From contig NC_057718.1 in NCBI RefSeq assembly GCF_004010195.1, positions 53,101,593 to 53,134,693 on the forward strand: a stretch of 33,101 bases of DNA, read 5' to 3'. Source of the DNA: Chiloscyllium plagiosum. Its lineage: Eukaryota. Every line of letters starts with the position of its first letter. Positions within the stretch are counted from its first letter, which is position 1. Positions 8,740-21,580 of this stretch are shown in pieces. The notes beneath the pieces are model-generated. The model searched no databases, was not told the DNA's origin, and worked only from the letters and a program-made list of their open reading frames with translations. A program made the position numbers and the translations under genes.

Positions 8740-9860
8740 AAGCTCCACATAAAAAGTACTTTTATAGTAGATGGTCCCGGAGAGATATAGAACAGTCTTC
8801 AAATCTCAGACAGGTATTGACAATGAAATGGTAGAATTTGATGTGCTGCTATGATTAAATTTGGTGAAACTTCATTGAATCATAGATGCATCCATACAAG
8901 AACACTGCTGTGGTTCTGCCAGTTGCTGACTTTGGGTGTCCTCTACAAATTTCGATGAGGTTGAGATTTTCTGAACTTGGACAGAAATTACAATAATTAA
9001 TAACCAAAGAGAGGGGAGAGATGTCCTTCTGGATGCTCTCAGTCAGATTAATGACTATATTCTTCTGCAAAACCATGACGTACAGAGTAAAGCAACATGA
9101 TAGATTGGAGGCTAGTTGTCAAACTGATGATGTGCTTATCATATTGAAAAGCTGGAGCACTAACTCATTTCTGGAATCCTCAATGACTCTTCAATGACAT
9201 TAAATATTGCACTGAGGTGAAGCAGACCATCCTACGTCCTGATGCCCAGCCATGAGGGATTACTGCTCCTTCCACTATCCGCACACCTTAAACCACAAAC
9301 CTTTCTTTGTACACTGCATTTCTGTCCAGTGCTACTTTGATCTCAGAGGGAATCCCAATTCATATTCTTATATACTAATTGTCATGCGGTGCATTCAATA
9401 ATATTCAAAAAATGTGGAGATTAAATTTGACACCCATTGAAAATAATGTCACTTCATGTTTCCTGCTGATGTAATGATTTTAGCATCTCTGCAGTGTTAA
9501 CCATGCTGTTATCTGGCTCAAAGCATCAACATCATCAATTCCTTGAGTGGCTAGTACAACTTAAAGTTACCAAGCACTACCAAAATGGAAGTGCATTGTG
9601 ACTGGAACAAGTGCTGGTAGCCATGCAAAAGTGACTCGGATTTGCTAAATGGAAAGGAAAATGGCACAAGATGGGAAGTGACAAAGGTCCCCACAATGAC
9701 TGTGCACTGTACTTGAGGTCTTTATTGTTAAAGTGCAAAAAAGAAGAGATGTCCTCTGCATCCACAGGGGCCAGGAAGTCACTTAGGCACAAGCCGAAAA
9801 GGTAGTGGGAACACACGGCCAGGTCATGACTGATCACCGATCTCAATGCTGTTTCCCCAT
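8740..9860 (+). pseudogene. Heavily decayed DNA-element ORF, PIN/XPG-like part
   Basis: Ordered motif remnants FIVDG (8761), VEFDVLL (8831), H*GEAD (9210), TIRTP (9274), NHAV...STSS (9499); many stops and frameshifts. Confidence 0.35.
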
Positions 9861-9869
9861 AATAGACAA

Positions 9870-10165
9870 TAAGACCATAAGAAATAGGAACAGGAGTAGG
9901 CCGTTCAGTCCATCAAACCTTCTCCATCATTCAATTAGAGATCCTGTCTAATCCAGCATTCCTCACATTCACTTTCCTGCCCTTTCCCCATAACCCTTGA
10001 TTTGCCTACAGATCAAAAATCTATCTCAGCCTTAAATGTACACAAGGACTCTACCATCACAGCTGTCGAAGGAAAGTAGTTCCAAAGACTCACAGCCCTC
10101 TGAGTGAGGAAATTCTTCCTTTTCCCTTAAATTAGCTCTCCTTTATTCTGAGACTAATCCCTGTA
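9870..10165 (-). mobile_element. Older CR1 subfamily 3' end
   Basis: CATAAGA-type tail, GGAGTAGGCC...TTCAG and TATCTCAGCCTTAAAT...GGAAATTCTTCCT, typical of the reverse strand of a CR1 3' end. Confidence 0.7.
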
Positions 10166-10379
10166 TCCTTTGATGTCATTAGTATCCAGAACCCTATTGA
10201 CTATTTCTCAATTTATGTCTCAATTTTTATCCTGAATCCATAATGAAGCTTCCACAACTCTGAAAAATCCCAGAGAATTCCAGATAAACACCATCCAGCA
10301 ACAAGCTAGTCAAGGAATTCTATAGACTGTGAATTGATGACAATGGGTTCCTGATGCTTCTCCACTTATATCCTACAAC

Positions 10380-10880
10380 CCATCTGCATTATCCTTGTCA
10401 TGAAAGTATTTTTCAACTTTGGCCTTCATTTTGTATGATCTACTCCATGTAATTGTTTTGATCATTCTGCCACATGTTTGATCCAAAATCGCTAGACATT
10501 TAAATTTCTTGCTGACCATTGGCATATGTACAAACCGTCTCTCCCTCAGGTCACAATATATCTGATGTCCCTTTTCTAAACTGTTAAATAGTCTCATGTG
10601 TTCTGATGCCACTTCAAAAGCAATAATAGACATGACCAATTAAACTTCCTGTTTCTGCCTTCACTGTCTTGTCCTATCCAGCTTTATAACAGATATAACA
10701 ACAGAGTCTCTGCTGTATCCTAAGAGATTTGCTTCAATACCAAGATTGGTGTGAAGATTGCCATTTATCCTGTCAGCTACCTAGCTATTCATCCCGATTG
10801 CAAACCCAGATTGCATGGTCATTTTGATGAAACTAATGGAGTTATAATCTGGAAATCAATTATCTTTCCTTCCAAATACT
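10380..10880 (-). pseudogene. Heavily decayed DNA-element ORF, end of the DDE-like region and linker
   Basis: DHAI-x3-NRD (~10820-10790) and VASEHMRLFNSLEKGHQIYCDLRERRFV; expected to precede the 8740-9860 motifs but lies on the opposite strand. Confidence 0.35.
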
Positions 10881-11184
10881 CCACAGCTACTTAGCTCTTA
10901 AAAGTTCTTTGTACAAAATGAAATGTATTTTTTTCTTCTCAACACTTAGATCATCATAAATCTATTCCCATTGTCATTTCTGTATTCAACCAGAAATCCA
11001 AGTTAACATTTCAGGCTAATGAACTTTCGTTGGAATTGGGAGGATTTTGCGATATGACAGATATAGGGGAGGGCTCATCTTATATTTCAATAAAATGTTA
11101 CATTGCTATCCTCTTTTACCTTTTATCATTAGTGCGATGGTCTTTTAATATCTTTTGCTCTAAACTGCTATAGATACATGAAAA

Positions 11185-11420
11185 CATCACCATCTGCAAG
11201 TTCACCTCAAAGTCAGTTACCAGCTTGATCTGGAAACATATTCTTGTTCATTCAGTATCCCTGGATCAAAATCTTGGAACTCCCTCCTTAATGGTATTGT
11301 GGGTGCTCCTGTACCAAATAAAGTATAGCAGTTCAAGGAGCCAACTCATCTCTACCTTGAAAAAGACATTAGAGATGGACCAAAATACAAGACCAGCTAA
11401 TAACTCCAATATCTCACATC
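11185..11420 (+). mobile_element. Decayed LINE 3' end (RTE-X-like)
   Basis: TGCAAGTTCACCTC...AAAATCTTGGAACTCCCTCC (WNSL motif)...GTTCAAGG...TTAGAGATGG; tail resembles that of the SINE at 16880-17150. Confidence 0.5.
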
Positions 11421-11427
11421 TGGAGGA

Positions 11428-11719
11428 GTGGCATTGTGGCTCAATGGTAAGCACTGCCACCCCACAGCGCTAGGGACCCAGGTTCAATTCCAGCCTTGGG
11501 TGACAGTCTGTATGGAATTTGTACATTCTCTGTGTGGGTTTCATCTGAGTGCTCTGGTTTCCCCTTGCAGGCCATCTGAATTGGCCATTCTAAATTGCCC
11601 ATAGTATTAGGTGCATTAGTCAGAGGGAAATGGGTCTGGGTGAGGTTGCTCTTCGGAGGATCGATGTGGACTTGTTGGGCTGAAGGGCCTGTTTCCACAC
11701 TGTAGGTAATCTAATCTAA
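11428..11719 (+). mobile_element. tRNA-derived HE1-type V-SINE
   Basis: A box TGGCTCAATGG (11437-11447), B box GGTTCAATTCC (11481-11491), V-domain-like GTGGGTTTC...GTGCTCTGGTTTCC, CR1-like tail GGGCTGAAGGGCCTGTTTCC and TAATC repeats. Confidence 0.88.
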
Positions 11720-12749
11720 AAATCCACCAGCACTATTTTAAAACATCATCAAAAACCTAGAGATTAGTTACTGTTTAATATCTGTTGGCGGATTTTGAAT
11801 TTTTCGAGGTGCATAGTGTTTGAAAGGATTATTTAGCATTGGTGAAGTCAAGGGGTGCTGCATGTAGAAAAAGACTTGAATTTGACTGCAAGTGCTCTAA
11901 GCTTTAGAAGCAAATGTTGAAATTGTCCTGAGGCTGCAGCACAAAAGAAAGATAAAACAGGGCATCAAAGAAAGGTTGCTTACAAAGGCAGGAGGAGAAG
12001 ACAGCAAAGTTTTACTTCCCTAGCATCTTCTCGAAAGCTTATTTTGCTTGCACCTAAAAGTGAGAGTATGTGTGTAGTTGGTGTTGTACAAAGGAGGTGG
12101 TCTCTACCAACTCTTGCAACCAGGCGTCAGAGTAGGCCAAAAGTAGCTCTGGGTGTGGCTGTAAGAGTGAAAGAGGCTCAGAGTAGGCTGAAGGGGCCTG
12201 ATGGCCTGTTTCTTGGTAACTGTATCTGCTCCCTGCCAGTAAATTGCTGCTGTCTCTGATTGTGGGGCAGTTTGTCCTGCAAGAGTGAGTAAAGTGTGTC
12301 AGTCAGTATGGTCACATGATTCTGTTTGATGTGTAGCCTGCAATTGAGTAGCTGTCAGTACGTGCGAGCCAGAAGATGTGACTTTGCAACATGCAAAGAG
12401 TTTGAGCTTTTGGCTTCCCAGCACGAGCATCCTAGGAAGCTGGGCTCCTCATGCAGGTCGTCATTCAGCAGCATATGTACCAGAGGGCTGTGCACCATAA
12501 TCATACAATAAACAAGAAAGATGAAGTGTGTGTGCTATCTGTAGTACAATGGAATAACCAAGTGATGAGATAACTGATGAGGTGACTGACTTTGATCAAA
12601 AAGAGTGAGAGAAAGGTATCAGACCAGAAGAAGTCTGTAAAGAGAAAGATCTTAGACACTATGCTGAAGAACTGTATTCAGGAATCTGTAATTTACAGCT
12701 AAATAAAAGAGTGCTATAGTACTCCAGGAGTGGAACAGCTTTTCGTCTT

Positions 12750-13731
12750 ATGGACCACATGAAGCCCCTTCAAAACTTATCAAGGAGCTAACCTAGACCC
12801 TAACTTTTATCTTATTTACAGGCATGAGTAAGGCATTGCACCCCAGATGTGATTCAATTGGTCAAACTAAGTCAAATACACTTCAATCTTATACACCACA
12901 ATTGAAATACAAATGAAAACAAAAGGAAATTTGTCTTAACTTTAACTCTATTGGAATATTTAACAAACTAATGCATTATTTAACGACTACTAATCAACTG
13001 ATCCAATATAGTAGCTTCTACAGAACCTCGATTATCCAAACGAGAGTGGCGAGGAGTATTTTGTTCAGATAATTGATCGTTCGGATAATCGATCTGATCG
13101 TAAACAACTGGTAATTTATGAGAGCTGGGTATCCTATACTTTCATTGTTATCTGGTAATGCATGCCATAATGCCATTTAACCAATAACTGATCTAAATTA
13201 AACAAACGGTAATTTGAGTGTTGGTTATCGAACGTATCTCGGTTATCCGAGATGCACACCATAATGTCATTTAACTGATAACTGAGTGCTAAGTTGCCTA
13301 ATGCCTTTTTTCCGGGACCTTGAGATCTTGTTCGGCTAATCCAAAATTTGGATAATTGATGTTCAGATAATCGAGGTTGTGCTGTAATAAACACACCTTT
13401 GGCAAAAGCAAGTTCAGCAAAACAGATTCCAGGAGAAAGGAAAAAACAAAAGTGCGATCGATCAGCAAAGAGGGAACTGAAGCTTTTACTGCAGCAGAGA
13501 GAGAGCTGTATCTAGCAGCTTCAACTCCAAAAAACCCAACTTCAACAACTGAAAGCAAAACCTAAAACCCTGACTCTGACTCTACACACTCATTTTTTTT
13601 TGTCGAATTAAAAATAATGAAGTTATTTACTCTGCTTCACACAGGGCAGCTGCCAAGGCTTCAGGTTTACACCGCCTCTCTTCAAGAGAACCAGAACAGA
13701 CAAATCCCTCTTAAAGGCACATATTGTCACA
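12750..13731. mobile_element. Probable old solo LTR interrupted by a MITE
   Basis: Ends in TGTCACA (13725-13731) after CTTAAAGGCACA, similar to CTTAAAGCTACA...CATGACA at the end of the 5462-6190 LTR. Left boundary and target duplication not resolved. Confidence 0.4.
13021..13384. mobile_element. Tc1/mariner (Tigger/pogo-like) non-autonomous MITE
   Basis: TA-CAG(---)AACCTCGATTATC ... GATAATCGAGGTTGTGCTG-TA terminal inverted repeats with TA flanks (13019-13020, 13385-13386); internal copies of GTTC(G/A)GATAAT. Confidence 0.8.
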
Positions 13732-13989
13732 TACTCAAGAATTAGAAGCCAATAGCATTGAAAAGTGAAAGGGTGGAATCTTCTCAACCACTGAATGGAC
13801 TGTGAGATGGGACTTCTGCAGTTAAGCAACGAGAGGGCTAGTTTCCCATTTCCCCACCTGCCGACAGAAACTGGATGGCCACAATGCCTGATATGAAAGT
13901 CAGAGTGGTGATCTGGCCATTTCATATGACCACTTGCTAACTATTCAAGCCCTCCAATAGTCAGAAACACCTCAGGCATGCTTCAACTG

Positions 13990-14075
13990 CAGCAATAGCA
14001 CACATCCTCCATCCACCAGACTTTCCAGCTCCCTGTCGGTAAAGCAAGATGCTAATTTCTTTCTGCCTGATACAT
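13990..14075 (-). pseudogene. Myb/SANT-like N-terminal remnant, probably PIF/Harbinger accessory ORF
   Basis: GRKKLASCFTDRELESLVDG resembles the R-x-P-x-F-S/T-x-x-E-L-x-x-L-V start of Harbinger Myb/SANT proteins. Confidence 0.4.
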
Positions 14076-15898
14076 TAGATTGAGATGACTGTGCAGAGTA
14101 GCTGCAGACTGCCAGCACTTGACTGGGTGCAAAGCTGGGCTTTACAAAATGGCCAGAATTCACAAGATATCCCAGCAATGTTAGTACTCCTGCCTGTGGC
14201 AAGTGGGAAGGTATGTTGAGCAAGTCACCATAGGGGCATAGTGCATAGGTAACAAAGGGAGTTTGAGGAGATAGTGTGCGAAAACAAATTAGGGACTGTC
14301 TTCACTTAAATTGATAAATTTTGTAAAAATCAAGCCTGTGCATATATACCCACAGTCCAGGGGCACTGAGGACAAGCACTCATTGTGTATTAGCAGTAAA
14401 AGATTAAGACCTAAAAAAAAGCACTTTCTGCATTTCTTTGAATGGGCATGGGTTAATCACACATTGCAATCCCCATGTCTGAATGCTGTTGTTCCCTTAT
14501 TAACTATTCATTTTAAGAAATATATGTGCATGAATACATATTAAAGTAGTATAAACAAAACGTATGAGGAAATTTTTTGCAAGTTATTGGATAATTTCTC
14601 CATTGGGTTTCATTTATTTATAAGATCCAAACCCTAAAATTACATTATTGAATGATAAACACTCATCTGAATTCTCCCGGCAATTTCAGCAGACATAAAA
14701 CTATTCCAACCAAATAGATTAATGCCACCAGTAAAATAACAGAATGTGGATTTCCATCAATTTATTAGCTTTTTTTCCTATGTCTGAGTCCCAAAGTGCA
14801 TATTCAGGAGTATTATTTAATGATAAATACTCTTAAAAAGTACAGTAATTCATAATTTTCACATCAGATTCTAATTGTTCATTTGAACTAATATTTATTC
14901 AATATATTATGTGACCAAACATGCTTAAGACGTAGACATTTCTGTTTGGTTGTCAGTTGAAGTGCATAGTTAGTGCAATCCTTACAAAATTCATCACAAT
15001 GCATTTTCTGTAGCACAGTGTTTACACAGTTCAATTCACATAAACACCCAATTTGTTGCTAAATTTTGTCGGTAGGATGAAGATTGAGATTTAATCTGGC
15101 AAGTGTTGTTGCGAACTCTGTGAAGTAAATTTGATTCTCTGAGGGTACTTTATTTTCCCTAAATGATCATTTTACTTTGATTCAGATAAAACAGATTCAA
15201 ATACATGCCCCTTCAGCAGCAAATATTTATATTTGAAATATGATGCGAATGCACAAGATATTGTGGTCAAATGACCATGGGCCCAAAAGTGGACATTTTC
15301 AATTGACCCATAGTCAGATAAATTGTGCCTACAGAAAATTGGTCAAACTAAATTTATCAGTAGCCAGCAACTATCAGCTACAGATAGCAAGGGAAAGCAA
15401 AGTCAAAGAGGTCACAAAGATTCAGGGGCAGCCATTTACAACCAGCCTAAGGATTGTGAATTGGAGATGTATAGATCAGACATTCTGGCACCTTGACTTC
15501 CAGCCTGAGCATGTTCACTTTATGCCTCCCTGGCATGGCAACAGTGAAGGGTGTTGGCGCAATCCCATTGGATGTTTTGAACCTCACTCATGACCCCATA
15601 TGCCATAGGTCCTGGAACATTCAGGAAGGTCCAGAGCGAGGGTTTAAAAACACACACTTAGAAGCTACGCCCTCAATGAAGCCTCACAGCAAGACATGTG
15701 GAGAAGACCAAGGAGAAGATCTGTCCTGACCTGCAAGGCCCATCTTCGTGGAATAGAGCCAGCCCTATCTTGGAGAGAAAGGAGATTCTAATGTCCTAAC
15801 TCAAACACATGGATTGCTACAGGCACAGAGAGTAAATATTATGGGAATTTGGGAAATGCTTACATCATGTTTTAAATAAGGAATACTTTGTTATAAGT

Positions 15899-15987
15899 TT
15901 AAAATCACCAGGTTGTAGTCCAACAGGTTTAATTGGAAGCAGTAGTATTCGGAGCGCTGCTCCTTCATCAGGCATCTCCAAATCATG
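15899..15987 (+). mobile_element. Collapsed copy of the 763-990 palindrome family
   Basis: Left arm CACCAGGTTGTAGTCCAACAGG...GCTCCTTCATCAGG is joined directly to the terminal tail GGCATCTCCAAATCAT; the right arm is missing. Confidence 0.75.
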
Positions 15988-16879
15988 ACCACTTTTTTCT
16001 AAAGTTTAGTTAAGCCAAATTCTGTGTCCTTTTGTTCACCTCACCAACAAGACTGCTTAAATAGAGTGTTTTTAATACATAAACTGGTCCAAGTGTCCAA
16101 AGCACAGACAACATTGATGCTGCTGCATGGTCCTTCAATTAAACATGTTTGCATTACCTCCTAAGGTGACGCTGAGCCTGATTTTAAGAGAGTAGCTGCC
16201 CCACATGATAGCCAGGATGCCAATGGGTGAAAGACAGTGAAGGTTTCTGACAACAGATTGGGCGATAAACCACACGCTTGTAATGTGAGGAGGACAGAGT
16301 TCAGAACTGGGATAGTCCCGGATGTGAGTACAATCCAGTAGGAATTTAGTAAAAAATGGACATGTCCTCATTTGACTGCTGTGCCCCAGGACAAATGCTA
16401 CTGGGAGATAGAGAGAGCAGAATAAGCCAAAGGAAGTACAGGGTCAGGGACACAAGGAAAAGGAAATTGAGCATCAGCCAAAACAGGGTCAGGGAGCCAC
16501 AGAAAGCAGAGGCCAGGAAACCGATCATAGTCTCAGAAGGTACATGATGTCTCCAGATATTGGATTCAGGGACCTACGAGAATAGAGATAAGCTCGAGTA
16601 GGATCTGGGACACTTACGGTAAGAGACATTTAGAAGAGTTGAGGAACCATACCTGCAGAAAAGTGAAAAAGCAGCTAACATAGGGTCAGAGACCCAGGAA
16701 AGAGAGGGAGAGAGAGGGAGCAATGAATTAAAAGGAAACCCTAGGAGAAATGGCCAAGTGACCAGAGTGGGAGGGGGTACTAAGAAAGTACCGAAATATG
16801 AAGTGGCCTGGGTGGGTCAACCATTGCAGTGAGCAAATATCGTGGTACCCATGGGGATTCTGGGAGGTAGCACAGAAAG

Positions 16880-17150
16880 CTGAAAAAAAGCTAAAATAAT
16901 TAATGGTGGCTGCAAAATGACCAGATTGTTATAGAAATCCATCTGGCTCAGTAATATCTTTCATGGAAGGAAATCCACAGTCCTCAATCAATCTGGCCTC
17001 TGTTTAACTCCGGGCCTAACGTGCTTCACTGTTAACTACATACTAAAACAGCAAACAAGCCAGTCAGTTATATTCAAAAAGAAGGTTCACCAATATATCG
17101 CAGGAGTAATTGGAATGGGTAATAAATGCTTTTCTTACCAGTGATACCTG
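16880..17150 (+). mobile_element. Decayed SINE body and tail
   Basis: GATTGTTATAGAAATCCATCTGGCTCAGTAAT...GGAAGGAAATC and tail GGAATGGGTAATAAATGCT; the tRNA head is not recognisable. Confidence 0.5.
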
Positions 17151-17154
17151 CACC

Positions 17155-17240
17155 AGTTCTGATAAAGGTCAATGGAGCTGAAAGGTTAATTCTGTTTTCT
17201 CTCCACAGATGTTGCCAGACCTGCTGAGTTTCTTCAACAA
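17155..17240 (+). mobile_element. PLE terminus fragment with decayed hammerhead (23220-family)
   Basis: CTGATAAAGGTCAATGGAGCTGAAAGGTTAA...TTCTCTCCACAGATGTTGCCAGACCTGCTGAG matches 23322-23400. Confidence 0.7.
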
Positions 17241-18464
17241 ACACCTGCCACCTTGACCTCAAGTTCACCTGGACCATCTCGGACACCTCCCTCCCCTTCC
17301 TGACCTCTCTGTCTCCATTTCCAGCGACCGACTCAACACAGACATCTATTTCAAACTCACCGACTCCCACAGCGACCTGGACTACACCCTCTCCCACCCC
17401 CTGCTCCTGGAGAAATGCTATCCCTTACTCCCAATTCCTCCACCTTTGCCATATCTGCTCCCAGGAGGATCACTTCCAACAAAGCCTTCCAGTGCATCTT
17501 CTGCACTTCCTGCACCTTTGCCTGGAACCTCACCCCTCCAACCGCAACAAGGACAGGACCTCCCTCATCCTCATCTTCCATCCGGATAAGTGCATCATTC
17601 TGTGTCATTTCTGTCACTTACAATCAGACCCCACCACCAGAGATATGTTTCCCTCCCTAGCCCTATCAGCATTCCGCAGAGACTATTCCCTCCGCGACTC
17701 CCTCGTTAGGTCCATGCCCCCCACCAACCCATCCTCCACTCCTAGCACCTTCCCTTGTCATCACAAGAGGTGTAAAACTTGAACCCACACCACTCCCCTC
17801 ACCTCCACAGTTGGCAAAGGATCCTTCCACATCCGGCATAGAATTTCCTGCGCATCCAAACACCTCATCTACTGCGTCCGTTTCTCCTCTAAATTGGGGA
17901 TACAGGGCACCAACTTGTGGAATAATTCAGGGAAATATCTGGGACACACGCAGTAAACAACCCCCCCCCCCCCCCCCGCCCTGTGGCCAATCACTTCAAA
18001 TCCCCCTCCCACTCCGCCAAGAACATGCATGTCCTGGGCCTCCTCCAAATCCAAGCCACCCGATGCCTGGAGGAGGAAAGCCTCATCTTCTGCATTGGGA
18101 TCCTCCAACCACACAGTATCAATGTCGGTTTCCTCATTACTCCTTCCCCCACCTTAGCTCAGTTCCAATCCTCCAACTTGGCACAGTCCTACCTGTCCAT
18201 CTTCCTTCCCACCTATCCGCTCCACCCTTTGCTCCATCACAATCACCCCTCACTTACATTTACTTATCATCTTCCCAACTACATTCCCCCCATCCCCACC
18301 CACCCCCGCTTCTTTTTATCTCTCAGCCCCCTTCTCCCCCTATATTCCTGATGAAGGGCTTATGCCCAAATCGTCGATTCTCCTGCACCTCGGATGCTGC
18401 TTGACCTGCTGTGCTTTTTCAGCACCACATGTGATCTCCAGCGTCTGCAATCCTCACTTTCTCT
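17241..18464 (+). mobile_element. Neptune-like PLE, 5'-truncated, with pLTR and tail
   Basis: LKFTWTISDTSLPFL...DIYFKLTDSH, AFRRDYSLRDSLVRS, decayed GIY-YIG region and ANHF; terminal CTGATGAAGGGCTTATGCCC at 18348 with GAAAC mutated to AAATC. Confidence 0.88.
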
Positions 18465-19664
18465 GACTCAGGAAAAGGCCAGGACAACCCTACAGGGGAT
18501 GCTGAGACATCGGTGTGCTGCCAACCGAGTAACTACCATTCTTCATTACACAACAACAATGCCACTATAATTCATTGCACGCAAAATATATGGTGCACAT
18601 GGTGGTCAAATTCCCTTTCCTAGTAGCCCTCCTGACAACTCCAGTCTTCATACCTGCTCAGATCCCTACCCAACCCATCTACTTGCTCCCTTACTCCCCC
18701 CACCCCAGCCTCTGGGGTATGAAGTGACCATGTCAGGTGCATAGAATGACCTTCCTGGTGGCTGAGGTAATCCTGACCATGAATGAATCCCTTTCCTGTT
18801 GTCTTCCCTTCTCCAAGATGCAGTCTCTGATCCCCATGAATAGATTTCCATTCCCCTTCCACAGTCATGGTTCCTGTTTTGCCCCACACTCCCCATTCCT
18901 TGCTTATATTGGATAGAGAGATACAATGGACTGATCATCCATTGAGTGACCTAACCAGACAACCCTGACTGATGTCTATACACCTTCTCAGCTACGTCAA
19001 CACAAACTCTTGAAATGGCTGCTAAACACTGACCAAGACCCACTCCCCCTAGCCCCGAGATTAGGGCTTGAATGTGCTGTAAGGCAGGCTGCCCCTTTTG
19101 GTTGAAGACTGCTTACAAGCAACTCAAGTTTCCAGGCTCTGAGATTGCACTAAGAGGCAAGCTGAGACAAAGCAAGGATGCTGTGAGTGTCTAAGTAGGT
19201 GCAAAGTGAATGAGTTCTAAGAAAGCAAGCACGTAGCCCTGTGATGCAGCCTGGTCCAATCCATGAGTTGGCTAACTGTCTCTGCAAAGGCAAAAGGCAG
19301 GAGATTGGCACAATGCTCGAAAAGCACATCCAGCTGGTACAGACACGATGGGCCAAGTGGCCTGTTTCAGTGCCATAAAAAATTCTGTGGTTCTGTGATT
19401 TACAATCCTGTGACATTTTATTGCCTTGAGGGTGAATATGTAAGGGCAATGAATCCTGGCCTGACCATTGAATTTCATATCCCTATTAATTAATTTTTAA
19501 AAAAAGATTCTGTATGAATATTGAGGTGAGATTGCATGAGAAATATTCAGAGGGTCAGATTAATGTCCCCTTTGAAAAATCTGACCTGGACCCGCTGACC
19601 CAATTTTTTGTTTTCTTTTTTCCTTATTCCTTGACTTTATGATTCATGTGCATCTTCAGCAGCA

Positions 19665-20295
19665 CATACAAACATGCAAAAGGGAACAGCAATAGGACAT
19701 TCAGCCTCCTGCACATGCTCTGTTATTTCATAATACCATAGCTCATTTAATGGTAACCCCAAATCCACATTCCCTCATACTTCTGATAACTTCTCATCCC
19801 TTTGCTTAGCAAGGATCTATCCACCACAACCTTAAAAATATTCTAAGACCTAATGTTGAGAGAGTTCTGCTATGAAAGAAACTGACACCTCATTTCTGCC
19901 TAACGTGGGGAACCTCTGATTTTTACATAGAAATTCTTCATTCTAGATTCTCCCATAAGAGGAAATGTCTTCTACATTTCTGCCCTGTCAAGATCCCTCA
20001 GGATCTCATATGTTTCAATCAAGTCACTTCCTCTTATACACTCCAGGGGATACAAGCTTGCTAGTGACTTACCCAATCGAAAAATCCACTCATTTCAGCA
20101 TTTAGTAGAATAAACCTCTGTTTCCAATGCATTTACGTCCTTCCTTAACTAAGGTGATAAATCCTCTGCACAGTATTCCAGATGCAGTCTCCCTGGTGCC
20201 TTTTATAACTGCGGCATAACCTCCCTACCTTTGTATCACCTTTGTGGTAAATGATAATATTCTATCAATTTTCCTAATTGCTTGCTGTAGCTGAT
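19665..20295 (-). mobile_element. Old CR1 LINE 3' portion
   Basis: Reverse-strand CR1 signature CTGCACAGTATTCCAGATGCAGTCTC, TTCAATCAAGTCAC, CTAGATTCTCCCA and a 3' tail near 19670. Confidence 0.65.
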
Positions 20296-21499
20296 CCTCT
20301 GGTGTGCCTACACTAATTTCCATGAGGTTCAGGTAATAGTCTAGAGGTTCTATTTCTTTGTTGAAGCTTCAAACCCTGCACTAACTATACAGAACGCCTT
20401 TTTTTGCCCTTTCGATATTATTGCTATTTAGATGAACCACAACAACTGGATCATATCCTTCTCAAATCAAGTTCATGTACTTTTCTGATGACTTTCATGC
20501 TGCATTTGTCTTTTGTCTCAATTCCCATGAGCTTTGCTCTGAATGACACTGAAGGCTTGGTCATTTGAGAATTCTTGGTTTGTGATCCTCCAGTAATAGC
20601 TGAACTGCGATCAGATATGTGTTACTGAAATATCCCCCATGGTTTCGGAGTGCCGAGTGAACGCATTTCTCAGCAATGGCAACCCGAAGCAGGAGAAAGT
20701 TGCCCAGAAGATTAAATTTTTGCTTTGGAGTGCTTGGGTTCTCTGAGAGTCGGGCAAGTAACCTTGGAACAAATATGGAGGCTGCTGGTTTTAGATGTGG
20801 GCAAGGTGGAAGGCTTGCTCCACCATTGTTTTGAAGTTTTCAGAAAACCTTGAAACATAAAACAGCCCTGCTGATGCCATCCTTTTCCACTCCTACCATC
20901 TACCCAACTCCACACACACCCAAGTTCCATCAATGCCAGTTAAAGCCTGTGTTCTATTGATGTCACATTCTCTCTATGTCAACATATGTCCCATCAACCT
21001 TGTATGGCCCTTAATCCAGTTTATTGCCAGCTCATGCCAATCCATTTACACACACATCATTCTTAGCACTTACACTGATAGACCAACTCTCACAGTGTCC
21101 CTCATGGGCACACCTGAGGATCCACACTGAGATGAAATAAAATAAAGTGCAAATATGCATTGCGGACATTGTTAGGAAGTGACACTCATTCACAGGAACC
21201 AATTCATTGCTTTTGTTGGGCTTCAGCTGCATACACTCTCATAAAGGCACATCAATCATTCAAATCCTTAATCTCTTTTTAAAAAAAATATATACTCAAA
21301 TAATAGTTAATCTCATATAAATGATGGCCCTTTATTATTGGCCAAAAAAATCTGGAATTTTCCATATATCTCGTGTAAAAGTCAACCTTAGTTCTTCACA
21401 GCCAACAGATAAACATTAAGGAGTCAATGTGCTGGCCATCCAGCTCCACCCCGGGTTTTCAGAATTACTGTAATTTGTTGGGTTTCTTTCTTCATCGGT

Positions 21500-21580
21500 A
21501 AAATGTGGAGTTGGAAAAGCACAGCAGGTCAGACAGCATCTGAGGAGCAGGAAAGTCGGCGTTTCGGACCAAAAGTCCTT
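21500..21580 (-). mobile_element. Isolated inverted PLE arm
   Basis: AAAATGTGGAGTTGGAAAAGCACAGCAGGTCAGACAGCATC...GTTTCGG matches the left arms at 22389 and 32929; truncated inside the hammerhead. Confidence 0.75.

Noticed and set aside
11428..11500. tRNA gene
   Set aside because: The A and B boxes are the head of a SINE followed by a V-domain and LINE-derived tail.
12300..12520. Cys-rich ORF as a LINE ORF1 zinc finger
   Set aside because: Cys spacing is unconvincing and no adjacent ORF2 remnant was found.
16400..16870. CR1 ORF1-like remnant with repeated GGGTCAG motifs
   Set aside because: Similarity is too faint to support by eye.
17811..18404. Longest ORF (197 aa, Pro-rich) as a gene
   Set aside because: Off-frame reading of a decayed PLE and its C-rich pLTR.
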